In this document: in pieces, positions 36,416 through 48,358 of the stretch
Layout of the letters: every line of letters starts with the position of its first letter
Numbering within the stretch: position 1 is the stretch's first letter
From: Octopus sinensis
Taxonomy: Eukaryota
Reading direction: 5' to 3'
Length of the DNA: 64,000 nucleotides
Assembly (NCBI RefSeq): GCF_006345805.1
Contig: NC_043002.1
Coordinates: 95,852,001 to 95,916,000 of the forward strand
The notes under the pieces: generated by a model
Seen by the model: the letters and a program-made list of their open reading frames with translations, nothing else
Database searches by the model: none
What the model was told of the DNA's origin: nothing
Position numbers and translations under genes: made by a program

Positions 36416-39060
36416 GTAATCATGTTTTAAATCATATCAATAATTGTTTTTGCTAACGATGCACTTAGTAACTGTTAGTTCACTAATATTACATCTAATC
36501 AATTTCTGAATGAGCTAAATAAGGGTTTCTTACTGATTTATAAATAACTTTTATTGCAGGATTTTTTCTTTTGTTGCTTATTTTACAAAATGTTTTAATA
36601 TCCAAAATTGTGTTAACAGACATCATAGAGCAGTGAGAACTCTCTAACCCTACAGGGTAGAGAGCATCCTCACTATTGTTGGTCCCATAATATAATGCAA
36701 CCTGTATAATCCGTAAAGTGAATAGTGAACAAGTAGAGACAACATAATGTTAAAAGAATCTTTTTATAGTTTGCTCAGGAGCTGGTGTCATGATAAAGTG
36801 TACCTAGTATAACCCTGTAAATTGGTCAGTGAACAGAGAAAATATCAAGAGAACTCTTTAGTTTTATTAAGGGCATGACAACTTCTCACATTCTGGTGCC
36901 ATGATAAAATGCACTCTGTAAAGTAGTTGGTGTAAGGAAGGACATGCAGCCATAGAATCCATGACAAATATTGACACCATGAGAAAGATACGGTCTGCCA
37001 ACCCCATCTAGAAGGGCAGTAACTCTGAATAAGAACTGACGCAGGGCAATGACCCATCTGAGCCATACAAGCACGGAAAGCTGATTTAAAATCATGGCAA
37101 AATTTTCTGTTAGTGTCACAAAGCTTAATATATTAAAGAGATAACTTAGAATTGGGTTTTTTTACTAATTTTACTCTCTGTACACCAAGAAAGGGGTTCT
37201 CATATGTTTTGGTATTATTAGATCTCCCTTGTAAAGTGTAGACTTCTCTTTACCAAATTAGTCATATTTAGAGTTGTTGCTCTTGCCAAGATCAGATTAA
37301 AATAATATTAATTATTGAACTTAAATATGTTGGATCTGATTTGACTTTTATTATTTTTTTTTTGTGCAAATGGCATGACTTGATACTTTCCCTTAGTAAT
37401 TATATCTTTTTATTTCTGTTTGTCTACTTTATTGTACAGCAATATACTGATTCTTTTATCACCAATCTGCCAAGTACATAGATGGCACTAACTTTTACTA
37501 CTTTTGTTGCATTCATCCAAAATTTCATCAAACTATCCCAGCATCCAACATCTTTTTTTTTTTATCTCTGAAATCTTAAATTTAAAAGTGTTATTTTCGT
37601 ATCTTGCTAACCAAAGAAAAACAATAAAAGATTCTCACATATTTCTGAAATACTCTTCATTTTATTCTCAGGAATAAGGCACATGAGCTCAGTTGTTAGG
37701 GTGTCAAGCATTTGATCATTAGGTTCACACACTGTGTTTCTGTCCTTGAGCAAAGCATATCATTTTTCATTGCTGTAGTCTACTCACCTGACAATCAACT
37801 GCTGGTGCAACCTTCTCTCTTTCCAACCATCACATCATGGATGTTCTTCCAAGTTAAGGGTGGGAAAGTAAAGAGGGTGTCTGTCAATGCAATGTTGCAT
37901 AGACACCAAAAGTAATTACTGAGAGCATGGTTCATGCTACTAAGTTATACTCAATTGAGAGTGCCAACTCTGGATATCTGATTTTCACACCAAAACATTT
38001 AGGAAATTTTTCACAATTGGACATATTCCACTAGTATACTAGAAGAGTAAGAAAATTTGCTATATAGAGTTGGCTGGTCATTCCAGAATTATTCTGAGAT
38101 TTCTCTTAATAACATTGTTTAGTTGTCTCTTAGATATTAGTTTTACCATTGAGATAGCTGTATTATTAAATTCATTTCTGTTGCAGGTTTTCGTAACAGC
38201 AAATACTATTACCTTAGTTTTACAAAGTTGAGTTTTAAAAACCAATATTTAACTCTGAAATTAATAGCAGAGCAAATCAATAATACCCACTGAAGTCCAG
38301 TCTTTGTTTTAGTTTGGTGGCTTGGGTGTCTCAGTGACTGTGAGAGCTATGCCAGCAGAGCACGAGCTCTTGGTACACCACCACCACCATGCTGAGCAGG
38401 CCAAAGGATAGAGACTAGACTAATATGAACTCCTTCTTCCCAGCAATAAAAATGGGTTTGCACTGGGCCATTCCCCCTACCTAGAAAAAGTAAAGTTACA
38501 GAAGTGCTGATGGCAATTCAGCATCAAAACCTAGGAAAGGTAAGGCAGCCCAGAGTTGAGAACAGTGGGGAAAAAGCCATCAATGGCCTGTACTTCATAG
38601 GGACAAATGGGCTTAAGTAGCAAACCAATAGTATCACTTGGAATATTTATTTAAACCAGCCATATCTGGCCAAAATAATCTGACTTATCTTCAAACTGGC
38701 CATATCTGGCCTCTCACACTTACCAAACAATATTATTCTAAAAATAAACAATCACGTCATTGAAATCTCAAAGCTACCAGGTAATGCATGACAAATTTTT
38801 ATCAATGTGAATAAATAAGCATTACCTTTGACAGAGAAATCTGAATGCTAAAGGGGTAAAGTTGTAGAAAATAAAGATAATATATATTATTTAATTCTAA
38901 TGTATTACTATGGTTGTTGGCAAGATTTGATATAAAGAATCAGTATGCTATAAATGTTTTACTATAGCCCTGTATTATTATCATGAAGTGAATATAGAAC
39001 TATTTCAATTCCATAAAAACTTCATAATCAGTCACTTTGTTTTACATTATTAACTCTTCC

Positions 39061-39300
39061 AATAAGGCAGTGAGCTGGCAGAATCATTAGTACGCCAGGT
39101 GAAATGCTTAGCAGTATTTCTTCTGCCGCTGTGTTCTGAGTTCAAATTCTGCCATGGTCGACTTTGCCTTTCATCCTTTCGGGGTCGATAAATTAAGTAC
39201 CAGTTACGCACTGGGGTCAATATAACCGACTTAATCCGTGTGTCTGTCCTTGTTTGTCCCCTCTGTGTTTAGCCCCTTGTGGGTAGTAAAGAAATAGGTA
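39061..39300 (+). mobile_element. SINE with Nin/Deu-like central domain (also 23520-23745(-), 40028-40245(-), 51602-51835(+))
   Basis: GGTCGACTTTGCCTTTCATCCTTTCGGGGTCGATAAATTAAGTACC core. Confidence 0.75.
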
Positions 39301-39491
39301 TTTCTTCTGCCGCTGTGTTCTGAGTTCAAATTCTGCCGTGGTCGACTTTGCCTTTCATCCTTTCGGGGTTAGTGAAATAAGTACCAGTTACACACTGGGG
39401 TCGACAAAATCGACTAACCCCCTTCCCCAGAAAATTTCAAGGCCTTGTACCTAGAGTAGAAATAATTATTAACTCTTTCATCTTATTTCAG

Positions 39492-39827
39492 CTGCTGCTA
39501 TCAAAAAATGCTAAAGTCGATGCTTCCACAATTGACGGCTGGCAACCACTGCATTGTGCATGTCACTGGAGTCAAATAGACATAGCATTTTTATTATTAC
39601 AGAATGGAGCAGACATCAATGCTCAGACCAATGGTGGTTTGACTCCACTCCATCTGGCTGCTGCTACGTCCTGTAAATCAATACTTGAAATGTTACTAAT
39701 GAACCGATACTTGAACTGGAATCTGAAAAATGCTGCAAATGAAAATCCTTGTCAAGTTTCAAAATGTTCCAGTAAAAATTTTTATTTATTTGAAATTACA
39801 GAAGACCGAATAAATTTATTGAAATAA
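39492..39827 (+). CDS. ANKRD49: ANKRD49-like last coding exon
   Basis: LLLSKNAKVDASTIDGWQPLHCAC...GADINAQTNGGLTPLHLAAATSCKSILEMLLMNRYLNWNLKN...YLFEITEDRINLLK*; LEMLLMNRY and YLFEI match ANKRD49; total about 241 aa. Confidence 0.92.
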   Translation: MLLSKNAKVDASTIDGWQPLHCACHWSQIDIAFLLLQNGADINAQTNGGLTPLHLAAATSCKSILEMLLMNRYLNWNLKNAANENPCQVSKCSSKNFYLFEITEDRINLLK

Positions 39828-40549
39828 AAGATATTTTAATGTTTTCATAAATGTGCTGTGTCGTTGTTGTTATTGTGTAGTCTCAGGTCAATCATGATCA
39901 AACAAACCTATGGTCAAAAACTTCTAGTTCAAACTACCTTGTCTTTCTCCCAGGGACCCTGCATAAAGAACTACTTCACCCGATGGTACCTTCTTTTATA
40001 AGAGTATAGGGTACTTTTTTTTTTTTTGCCCACAAGGGGCTAAACATAGACGGGACAAACAAGGACAGACAAATGGATTAAGTCGATTACATCGACCCCA
40101 GTGTGTGACTGGTACTTAATTTATCAACCCCGAAAGGATGAAAGGCAAAGTCGACCTCTGCAGAATTTGAACTCAGAACGTAATGGCAGACAAAATGCCA
40201 CTAAGTATTTCGCCCGGTGTGCTAACATTTCTGCCAGCTTGCCGCCCAAATGTCCAAAGCAGCTGATACATTCACTGTGAAAAAATTAGAGTGTGCAGTT
40301 TTAACCCACTAGCTTGCATATAATTTAAACAATCACACTTCATATTAGCCCTATTATTTTTCATTATCTTTTATAATAAACAAATCAGTACAGACATAGT
40401 TGTGTGGTAGAGAAACTTACTTTCCAATCACATGGTTTTGGATTCAGTCCCACAGCATGGCACCTTGAGAAAGTGTCTTCAACAACAGCCCCATGTTAAC
40501 CAAACCCTTATAAGTGGATTTGATAGAAAGAAACCTGTCTGTGTGAGTG

Positions 40550-43070
40550 TGTGAAGATAGGGAAAGCTCCCCGGCCCATCAGGAATTGCCACTGGAATGC
40601 TTAAAATATCTGGCAGAGTGGGATATAGCCTAGTCAGCCATATAGTTAGTCAGGTTGTCCATGAGGGAGTTATACCCAATGACTGATACAATGGTAAAGA
40701 TGATGCCTTAGACAGGAATAATTACATAGGTACCAAATTGCTGGACCAGGTCATGAAAGTTACAGAGAGGGTCATAGCTCAACTAATTAGGAAGAAAGTT
40801 TGTCTAAATGAGATGTAGTTTGGTTTTGTGCCAGAGAGAAGCACTACTGACGCTATCTTCCTAGTCAGGCAACTGCAGGAGAAGCATTTAGCAAAAACTA
40901 AGCTTCTGTACTTAGCTTTTGTCAACATGAAGAAAGTCGTTAACAGGGTCCTCGACTCCCTTATCTAGCAGTCAATGCAGAAGCTAGGGATAGATGAGTG
41001 GATGGTGAGAGCCATACAAGCCATGTACAGGGATACTGCCAGTAAGGTGAAAGTTGGCGATGAGTATAGCAAATAATTTAGTGCATAGGCAAGAGTCCAC
41101 CAAAGGTCGTTTCTCAGCATCCCATTCATCATCATCATCATCGTTTAACGTCCGTTTTCCGCGCTAGCACGGGTTGGACGGTTCGACCGGGGTCAGGGGA
41201 GCCAGGGGCTGCTCCAGGCTCCAGTCTGATCTGGCAGTGTTTCTACAGCTGGATGCCCTTCCTAACGCCAACCACTCCGTGAGTGTAGTGGGTGCTTTTT
41301 ACGTGCCACCTGCACAGGTGCCAGAGGGGTCTGGTATTGGCCACGATCGGTTGGTGCTTTTTATGTGCCACCGGCACAGAAGCCAGTCGAGGCGGTGCTG
41401 GCATCGGCCACGTTTGGATGGTGCTTTTTATGTGCCACCGGCACAGAAGCCATTCGAGGCGGGGTTGGCATCCTTTATCATAATAACAGTGGAATTTAAG
41501 ACTGGTTGCCTTTGAGAGCTTCTCTACACTGATGACCATGTTCTTATAGCTGAATCTCTACTAGAATTAAAAGAAATTTCATGTGTGAAAGGAAGGTTTG
41601 GAATCAAAAGGCCTTAATTAATTTGGTAAGACCAAAGTCCTAGTAAGTTGGAAAGCAGACAGATATTAATCCCTTCAAGGGGATTGCCCTGCTATATACA
41701 TACAAAAGGTGTAGGTAGAAATTCCATAGTGTACCCAATGCAAACTTTGGACACAATAGAGGTACAGTGGTATCACAGGAAGATTAACAGAGAAAGTAGT
41801 CTCTGTGTGTGTAGGTACAATTAAGGGGAGGCGCAATGGCCCAGTGGTTAGGGCAGCGGACTTGCGGTTTCGATTCCCAGACCGGGCATTGTGAGTGTTT
41901 ATTGAGCGAAAACACCTAAAGCTCCACGAGGCTCTGGTAGGGATGGTGGTGATCCCTGCTGTACTCTTTCACCACAACTTTCTCTCACTCTTACTTCCTG
42001 TTTCTGTTGTACCTGTATTTCAAAGGGCTGGCCTTGTCACTCTCTGTGTCACGCTGAATATCCCCGAGAACTACGTTAAGAGTACACGTGTCTGTGGAGT
42101 GCTCAGCCACTTACATGTTAATTTCACGAGCAGGCTGTTCCGTTGATCGGATCAACCAGAACCCTCGTCGTTGTAACCGATGGAGTGCTTCCACAGGTAC
42201 AATTAACACTAAGAATGTACAGGAAACAGATTTCCACAAATATCCAGAGGGATCCTAAGAGGTAGTAGATAGCTTCTGTGACCAAGTTAGTAGCGAAGGG
42301 GGATGCTCTAAAACTGTAGTTGCTTGAATGAGAACGGCTGTGTAAAGTTCAATGAGCTAAGTTTGTTGGCAACAAACGGCCTCTCGCTCAGAGTGAAAGG
42401 CAAACTGTACGGTTGAGGGATCGCGGGTTCGAATCTCAGACCGCGCGATGTGTGTGTTTATGGGCGAAACACCTAAGCTCCACGCGGCTCCGGCAGAAGG
42501 TAATGGTGAAATTTCTGCTGACTCTTTTGCCACAACTTTCTCTCACTCTTTCCTCCTGCATCTTGCAACTCACCTGTGACAGACCGGCATCCCATCCAGG
42601 TGGGGAACCTATACGCCAAGAAACCGGGAAACCGGCCCTTATGAGCCAGGCAAGACTCGAGAAGGAACAAACAAACAAACAAAAAAAGCTATGCTGCATG
42701 GCAGTGAAACATGGGCTATGACTACAGAGGACCTGAGACGGCTTGAATGAAATGAGGCCAGCATGTTCCGCTGGTTGGGTAATGTCTGTGTGCATGCTTG
42801 ACTGATTGTAAGCATTTTAAGAGAAATCAGGTACAAGAGACATTAGATGTAGTATGCAAGAGAGAAGACTATTGGTACGGTCATATGATGTGTATCGATG
42901 AGAACAACAGCATAAAGAAGTACCAATCTCTAGTTATGGAGGGAGCCTGTGGCAGTGGTAGACCCAGGAAGACATGGGATGAAGTGGTGAGAAATATTCA
43001 GATGTTGAGCTTCACAGAGAAAATAACAAGGAACCAAGACCTGGTAATTTGTTGTGCTTGAAAAGACACA
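40550..43070 (+). mobile_element. Decayed RTE-type LINE ORF2 carrying three nested insertions
   Basis: FGFVPERSTTDAIFLVRQLQEK, LYLAFV, LYTDD and GRPRKTWDEV motifs in order, with stops. Confidence 0.85.
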
Positions 43071-45299
43071 TTAAGCTAAGTAAAATCATGGCCATCCATA
43101 CATACAAGCTTGTCCTTTACAGCCATGCCTGCCTTACACATGCACAATCTGTCCTCTGTCAAAACTCCCCTGCAACCCATCTCAATACTCTCTCCCATCC
43201 CACTACACATGATCCCCACCCACTGCATGCCTCTCCACTCTCCATACCCTCACATCTACCATACCCACTTTCCTACCCACTCAAATTTCTCTCACCATCA
43301 TTTGCTACAGTCACCTTTTCCCCATCTCTACATATTTCCCCTCATGCTTTTATGGAACATCCTCATCTATCCCCTCTGTACCACAGACTTACCCCTACAG
43401 TTCCCTGCGGGTAGATCTTGATGCATCACTTTCAGCACTAAACATCCATAATTCATGCCCAAAATGTATTATCACTTTAAAAAAAATTAATCCATGTTTT
43501 TATTGAAATTTAAAAAGTCTTCTTAAACTAACTGTTTTTCTTCATAAACTTTTGACTCCAAATGGAGCATAGGGCACCAACTAGAGATCTGTCTCAGTAT
43601 TTGGCAATAGATTGCAGTTGTTCCCAAGTGTAGCCGTCCAGTACTGCTCCAGTTTTTGTGGACCATCTCCATGTTTTTGGTCAGCTGTGCTTTTGTGTCT
43701 CTCTCTCTTAAACTTAACTCTTTGTAGCTGTTTCAATCTGACATTTGACTTCTTTCATAGATCAAACATTATCCATTATTTCCACCCACAACCAAATGTT
43801 TAAATTCATTGACTTGATTGAGTATATTGTCCACTATTTCAAATGGATTGACCATTTTCTTTTTACTTCTACGATTTATTAATTACGGAGATGTACTTGC
43901 ATAGCGAGTGACTTGATCTGAGATCGTGTGCTGGAACGAAAACAATTGCAGCATGGAAGGTGGTTGTAAGCCATTTAAGAAACACACAAAACCGTTAGAT
44001 TCACTTCAACATTCAAATTTAATTTGTCGAAATATTTTCGTCGCTTTGAGACCGCAACCTGTTCACTGACAAAGCTTCGTGCTGCATTTATTAATATTCT
44101 GCATATTTTAGTACTTATTTTCATTTCTAATCATCTTGCAATCCTATCAAAATGTGTTCTTGTATCACTAAGTTCTTATTCATTATGTCCTATTATTCTA
44201 TATATGTCCTATATTATAGTATCTAACACAATTGGCAATTAGAAAGATATCATTTACTTTTGATAACCACTATTGCACAAGTAAGAATTTTCCAGAATAA
44301 GAAACTGGTGAGAAATGAAATATGCTCATGACTTAAAGTTTATAATACATCTTAACTCAACAAAAGGCTAGATTTCTTTTGTACAATCTTATTTGTAACA
44401 TTCAATGCCTCAACTATGGATTTCTGTGCTCTACATTCAAAAAACTGAAAATGCCTTTGATAGGAATACCAGAAACACAATAAATAGCTTTGTTTGGCAA
44501 CAAAAAAAATCTTCAACTCGTAAATAAAAAAAAATGTTAAATCTATTTACCATAATAAAAGAACAATTGTTCAGTTCTGTGTCATTACCATTGTCAGTTT
44601 TACATTCATTTTTCTTAGAGACATGTGTTGACTAGATTTGTTCCCAACACACCATCTCCCCAGTTGTTTTATTCCTTTGTAATCTCTTTCATAAGAACCA
44701 GTATTCTGAGAATAGATCTTCTCCCTTCCTACATATTCTTCAGAATTCTTCCACTTTTCACTCAACTCTAATTCCTGATACACATCATATGTCTTTCTTG
44801 TACGCTATGACTAATTCCACAAATACCCATTTTTTTTCTCTTAGCGTACTTGTGCTCCATCATTCATACCAAGTAACACATCCAACAGACCAAGCTGGAT
44901 GCATAGTATTTCTGGCTATGAATGATGTATGATGTTTCTTTCCAGTCTTTTCCTATATTCAGTACCTGAGTTCAAATTCTGCCAAGGTCAGCTTTGTCTT
45001 TCACTGTTTCAGGGTCAATAAAATAAGTACCAGTTGAACTCTGGAGTTGATGTAATCCATTTACTCACTCCCCTGAAATTGTTGGCCTTGTACCAAAATT
45101 TAAAATAAATATTATACTTCGTACATATATACAAAACAATCAAAGAGAAAAGCCCTTTGTTATAAACAGAGATGATGGTACCCTGAAATCTTTCCATTTC
45201 AGCCTTATTCTGGAAAATGTGCTTTAAAGATATCCACATTCACCACTTACAAATCATTTAAGTAACCAAAACTATCAACTACTTCTAGCAAGTGTTCTG

Positions 45300-47350
45300 G
45301 GTAGATGAAAGACTTCATTTCTTGGGTGTTCTTCCAGCTAACTACTGCACATTTATTACATATGAATGCCTTTTCCTCTTTCATTCTACATTAAGTACAC
45401 AATACAGTGTTCCTGCTTCTCGCACTTTCTGCTAGTTGAGCATAGCCACTTCCAAGATGTTAGTAAGTATCTATAGGTTGTTGTAGTATTAATGCTTCCT
45501 TTCCTCCTAAGTAAGACTTTCATCTTTGCTACATTGAATTTTAGGCTTCTCACATGCTTTCATGTTTAGAATTTTGCTTCTAATTCTTCAACTGATTCAC
45601 TTTTGAGAACAAAATCATTGGCATCAGCCTAACTTGACCTCCTTCATTATTACCGGGAGAACTTTAGTAAAAAGAAGGTGGAACTGAGAGCTAAGCCCCG
45701 ATGGACACTCATCATGCTAAATATCTGAATATTGACTTCATTGCTAAATCTCATTTTATTGACAGTTCCATTGTACATAGGTAAATGGATCTCAAAAGTC
45801 ATACATCTACCGCCACTATTTTCTCAGGTTAATGAACGCTAGGTGTAGTGGTCTGCTCTTTATCAGGGACTTCTCTAGTTGCCCTACTGTGGCATGGGTA
45901 GTTCCTTGTCCTGGCACAAATTCGCACTGCATCTCACCTAAGCTAGTTCTCACTCTCAATAAACTCTGCCTTAACTTACCTTATTAATTACCTGATTGGT
46001 CATTCAATTTGTGGCCTAGATATTTCTCCTTCAAAAGTATCTTCTTTGTCCACATAACACATGACAATGCTGTTGCTGTGTCAGTCATTGGGGAAAACAC
46101 TTTCCACTGCATACTTAACCAGCATATGCCCCATTTCACCAGATATTTTCAGCACCTCAGCAACTATCTTTAATGGCTTACACATTGAAACATCAATCGA
46201 GCTCAACAGCTGGTCTTTCTGTTGCATCCACTTGGGGAAACCTCTTTTCATCTACTGCTTATAGTATAGTGTTCATGCCTATTTTTTCAGAGTTGATAAA
46301 GGTAAGTATAAATCACTAGCATGCCATGTGTACTTTATGCCTATATCCCAATTTAAACTTACCTGGTGCCTTGCAATTTGGTACATGTGATCCTCAACAT
46401 GTAAAAACTTTGAAAACCATTTACTTTTGGTTTCCCTTCTTGTTGGATATATCTTCCATGTAGTGACCTGATATTGTCCTTTGATCCCTCATTTTTTTCA
46501 GGCCTGCATCTAAGTTTTTATAGTTTACTGTACAATTCCAGCACCATGTGAGACCTTGCTCCATCCATAGATCTGGTTTTTGGTTTATAGTACATTGTTT
46601 TGCAGCAATTCCCAGTTAACTTCTATCTGTATCATAGTTCCTTATTTCTTCCTACCATTTATCATCAGCATTGCTGAGTATAACTTGAAATTTATATACA
46701 GCAGATAAGCCCCCTGTCATTAGTATCCTCTAGCTCTTATCCTGAAACGATGAATTACTTGTCTATGTTGAATAATACAGTCTTCATTAGGCAGAAATTT
46801 AACATTCACATGCTGTTGCCTGTTTTGTTTTCTGATGAGAACATCTGACTCATTGTTCATCTGAGAATTACAACAATCAGATGACTGACTTTCTGAAATT
46901 TGTGTTACAAATGGTTAAGTCAAATATGGTCACAGAACTCAAAGATCCTTGATTCTTCTTCATCTCTTGTACCATAGCCATATTTTTCATGTATTGCAGA
47001 GTACTCATAATGATGTTATCTAACATGTCTTTCAAAATCTACAGCCATAATAATGAGGTTGCTGTGTCTGTTTTCCAGGTAGTCTGCAAGAGGGCATATG
47101 TAGAGATCATTGTTGCTGTTGTGTCATCTATGACATGTCTAAGCTTAATTACTATGTCACATATTTTGACTACCTCAGTTACTCAATTCATTTCTTTGCC
47201 AACAATATGCCCACTCCCCAGCTGTTAGCTACCTAAAACTTTCTTTACATGTCTTCTTGTCACTGAGGAGTCTGGCTGAGGCTCCCCACCATCTCACCTT
47301 TTGCACACAGCCCACATCAACTCATCTCTGCTCTAGCAACTCTATTTCTA
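45300..47350 (-). mobile_element. Highly decayed RTE-type LINE
   Basis: KSRPLHLAFINLRK near 45820-45860 (RT motif); boundaries approximate. Confidence 0.5.
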
Positions 47351-48123
47351 TAAATCTAACATGTATAATGATAATTGTAATGACAGCCCTAAAGCTCTGT
47401 ACCTAAAAAGGAAAAATGTTAGTGAGGTTGTTCATACATAGCACAATATGGTAAGTATTAATCTTGTTCATGAAGCAGTTTTCTTTTATCATTTGACTAT
47501 CATATTTTCACAATGATCAGTTAAGTGATTGGGTGCTCTTCCTACCACCAACTACTTTACAGCATAGACTGGGCTTATTTTATTGTACCACCAGCACTAC
47601 AGAGGTTATCTGCCAGAGCTAAAATATCTCCTCTACACTATATTGACTTCAATTTAAAGTTTCTGCTCTCCCATATGAGTTGCTTTCACTGCTACTTGCA
47701 TATCCCACATTTTCCTCTGTTAGATATGGACCAAAATCTTTCTGAATATTGTTAGATTTGTTCAAAGTGCTTAGACAGGCTGCCATTATTCTGGTTAAGA
47801 AGCCATGTCCTTCCAATATACTGTCAATGAGACTTTACAGATGTGAGGTAAAGGGAAAGAGGAAGCTTACAGTAATTCTCTGGGGCAGCAAGGAATGAGG
47901 CTGTCTGCATGACATAGGTAGACGTGCAAGTTGGCCTTCAATTGTTAATATAGCAGTGTAGATGGGAAGTTAGATAAACCAACCAGACTTTCTATGGGTA
48001 TGTGTCCACTATTTGCAGTTATTAATAGTAAAGCTCATTGCTTCATGCCTGTATAAGAACGAATTCAAATATTATTTAAAAAGTGAAAAACAAATGAAAG
48101 ACTTGGCTGTAGCTATAAAAACA

Positions 48124-48129
48124 TTTATT
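48124..48129 (-). terminator. Candidate NDUFAF7 polyadenylation signal AATAAA
   Basis: TTTATT on the plus strand, about 65 nt past the stop codon; AT-rich context makes chance matches likely. Confidence 0.4.
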
Positions 48130-48193
48130 TGCAATATAAATAATTTATAAGAGAGATGTGTGTGGTGGGGCAAGATGAAGGAATTTTTGTGAT

Positions 48194-48358
48194 CTAGTTT
48201 TCCAATGAATAAAATCCAGCTGGTGTGTAATCTTTTTCAGTCTTTTGGAGAAAGGACATAAATTTATATCTTTCTCCCATTTGTTCTGGATCAATCAACA
48301 TTTTACAACCTGATATAAGATCTTTATGTAACTCAGATTTCACATTTTGCAGCAGGAC
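48194..48358 (-). CDS. NDUFAF7: NDUFAF7 last coding exon
   Basis: VLLQNVKSELHKDLISGCKMLIDPEQMGERYKFMSFLQKTEKDYTPAGFYSLEN*, with the MGER motif. Confidence 0.94.
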   Translation of the reverse strand, partial: VLLQNVKSELHKDLISGCKMLIDPEQMGERYKFMSFLQKTEKDYTPAGFYSLEN

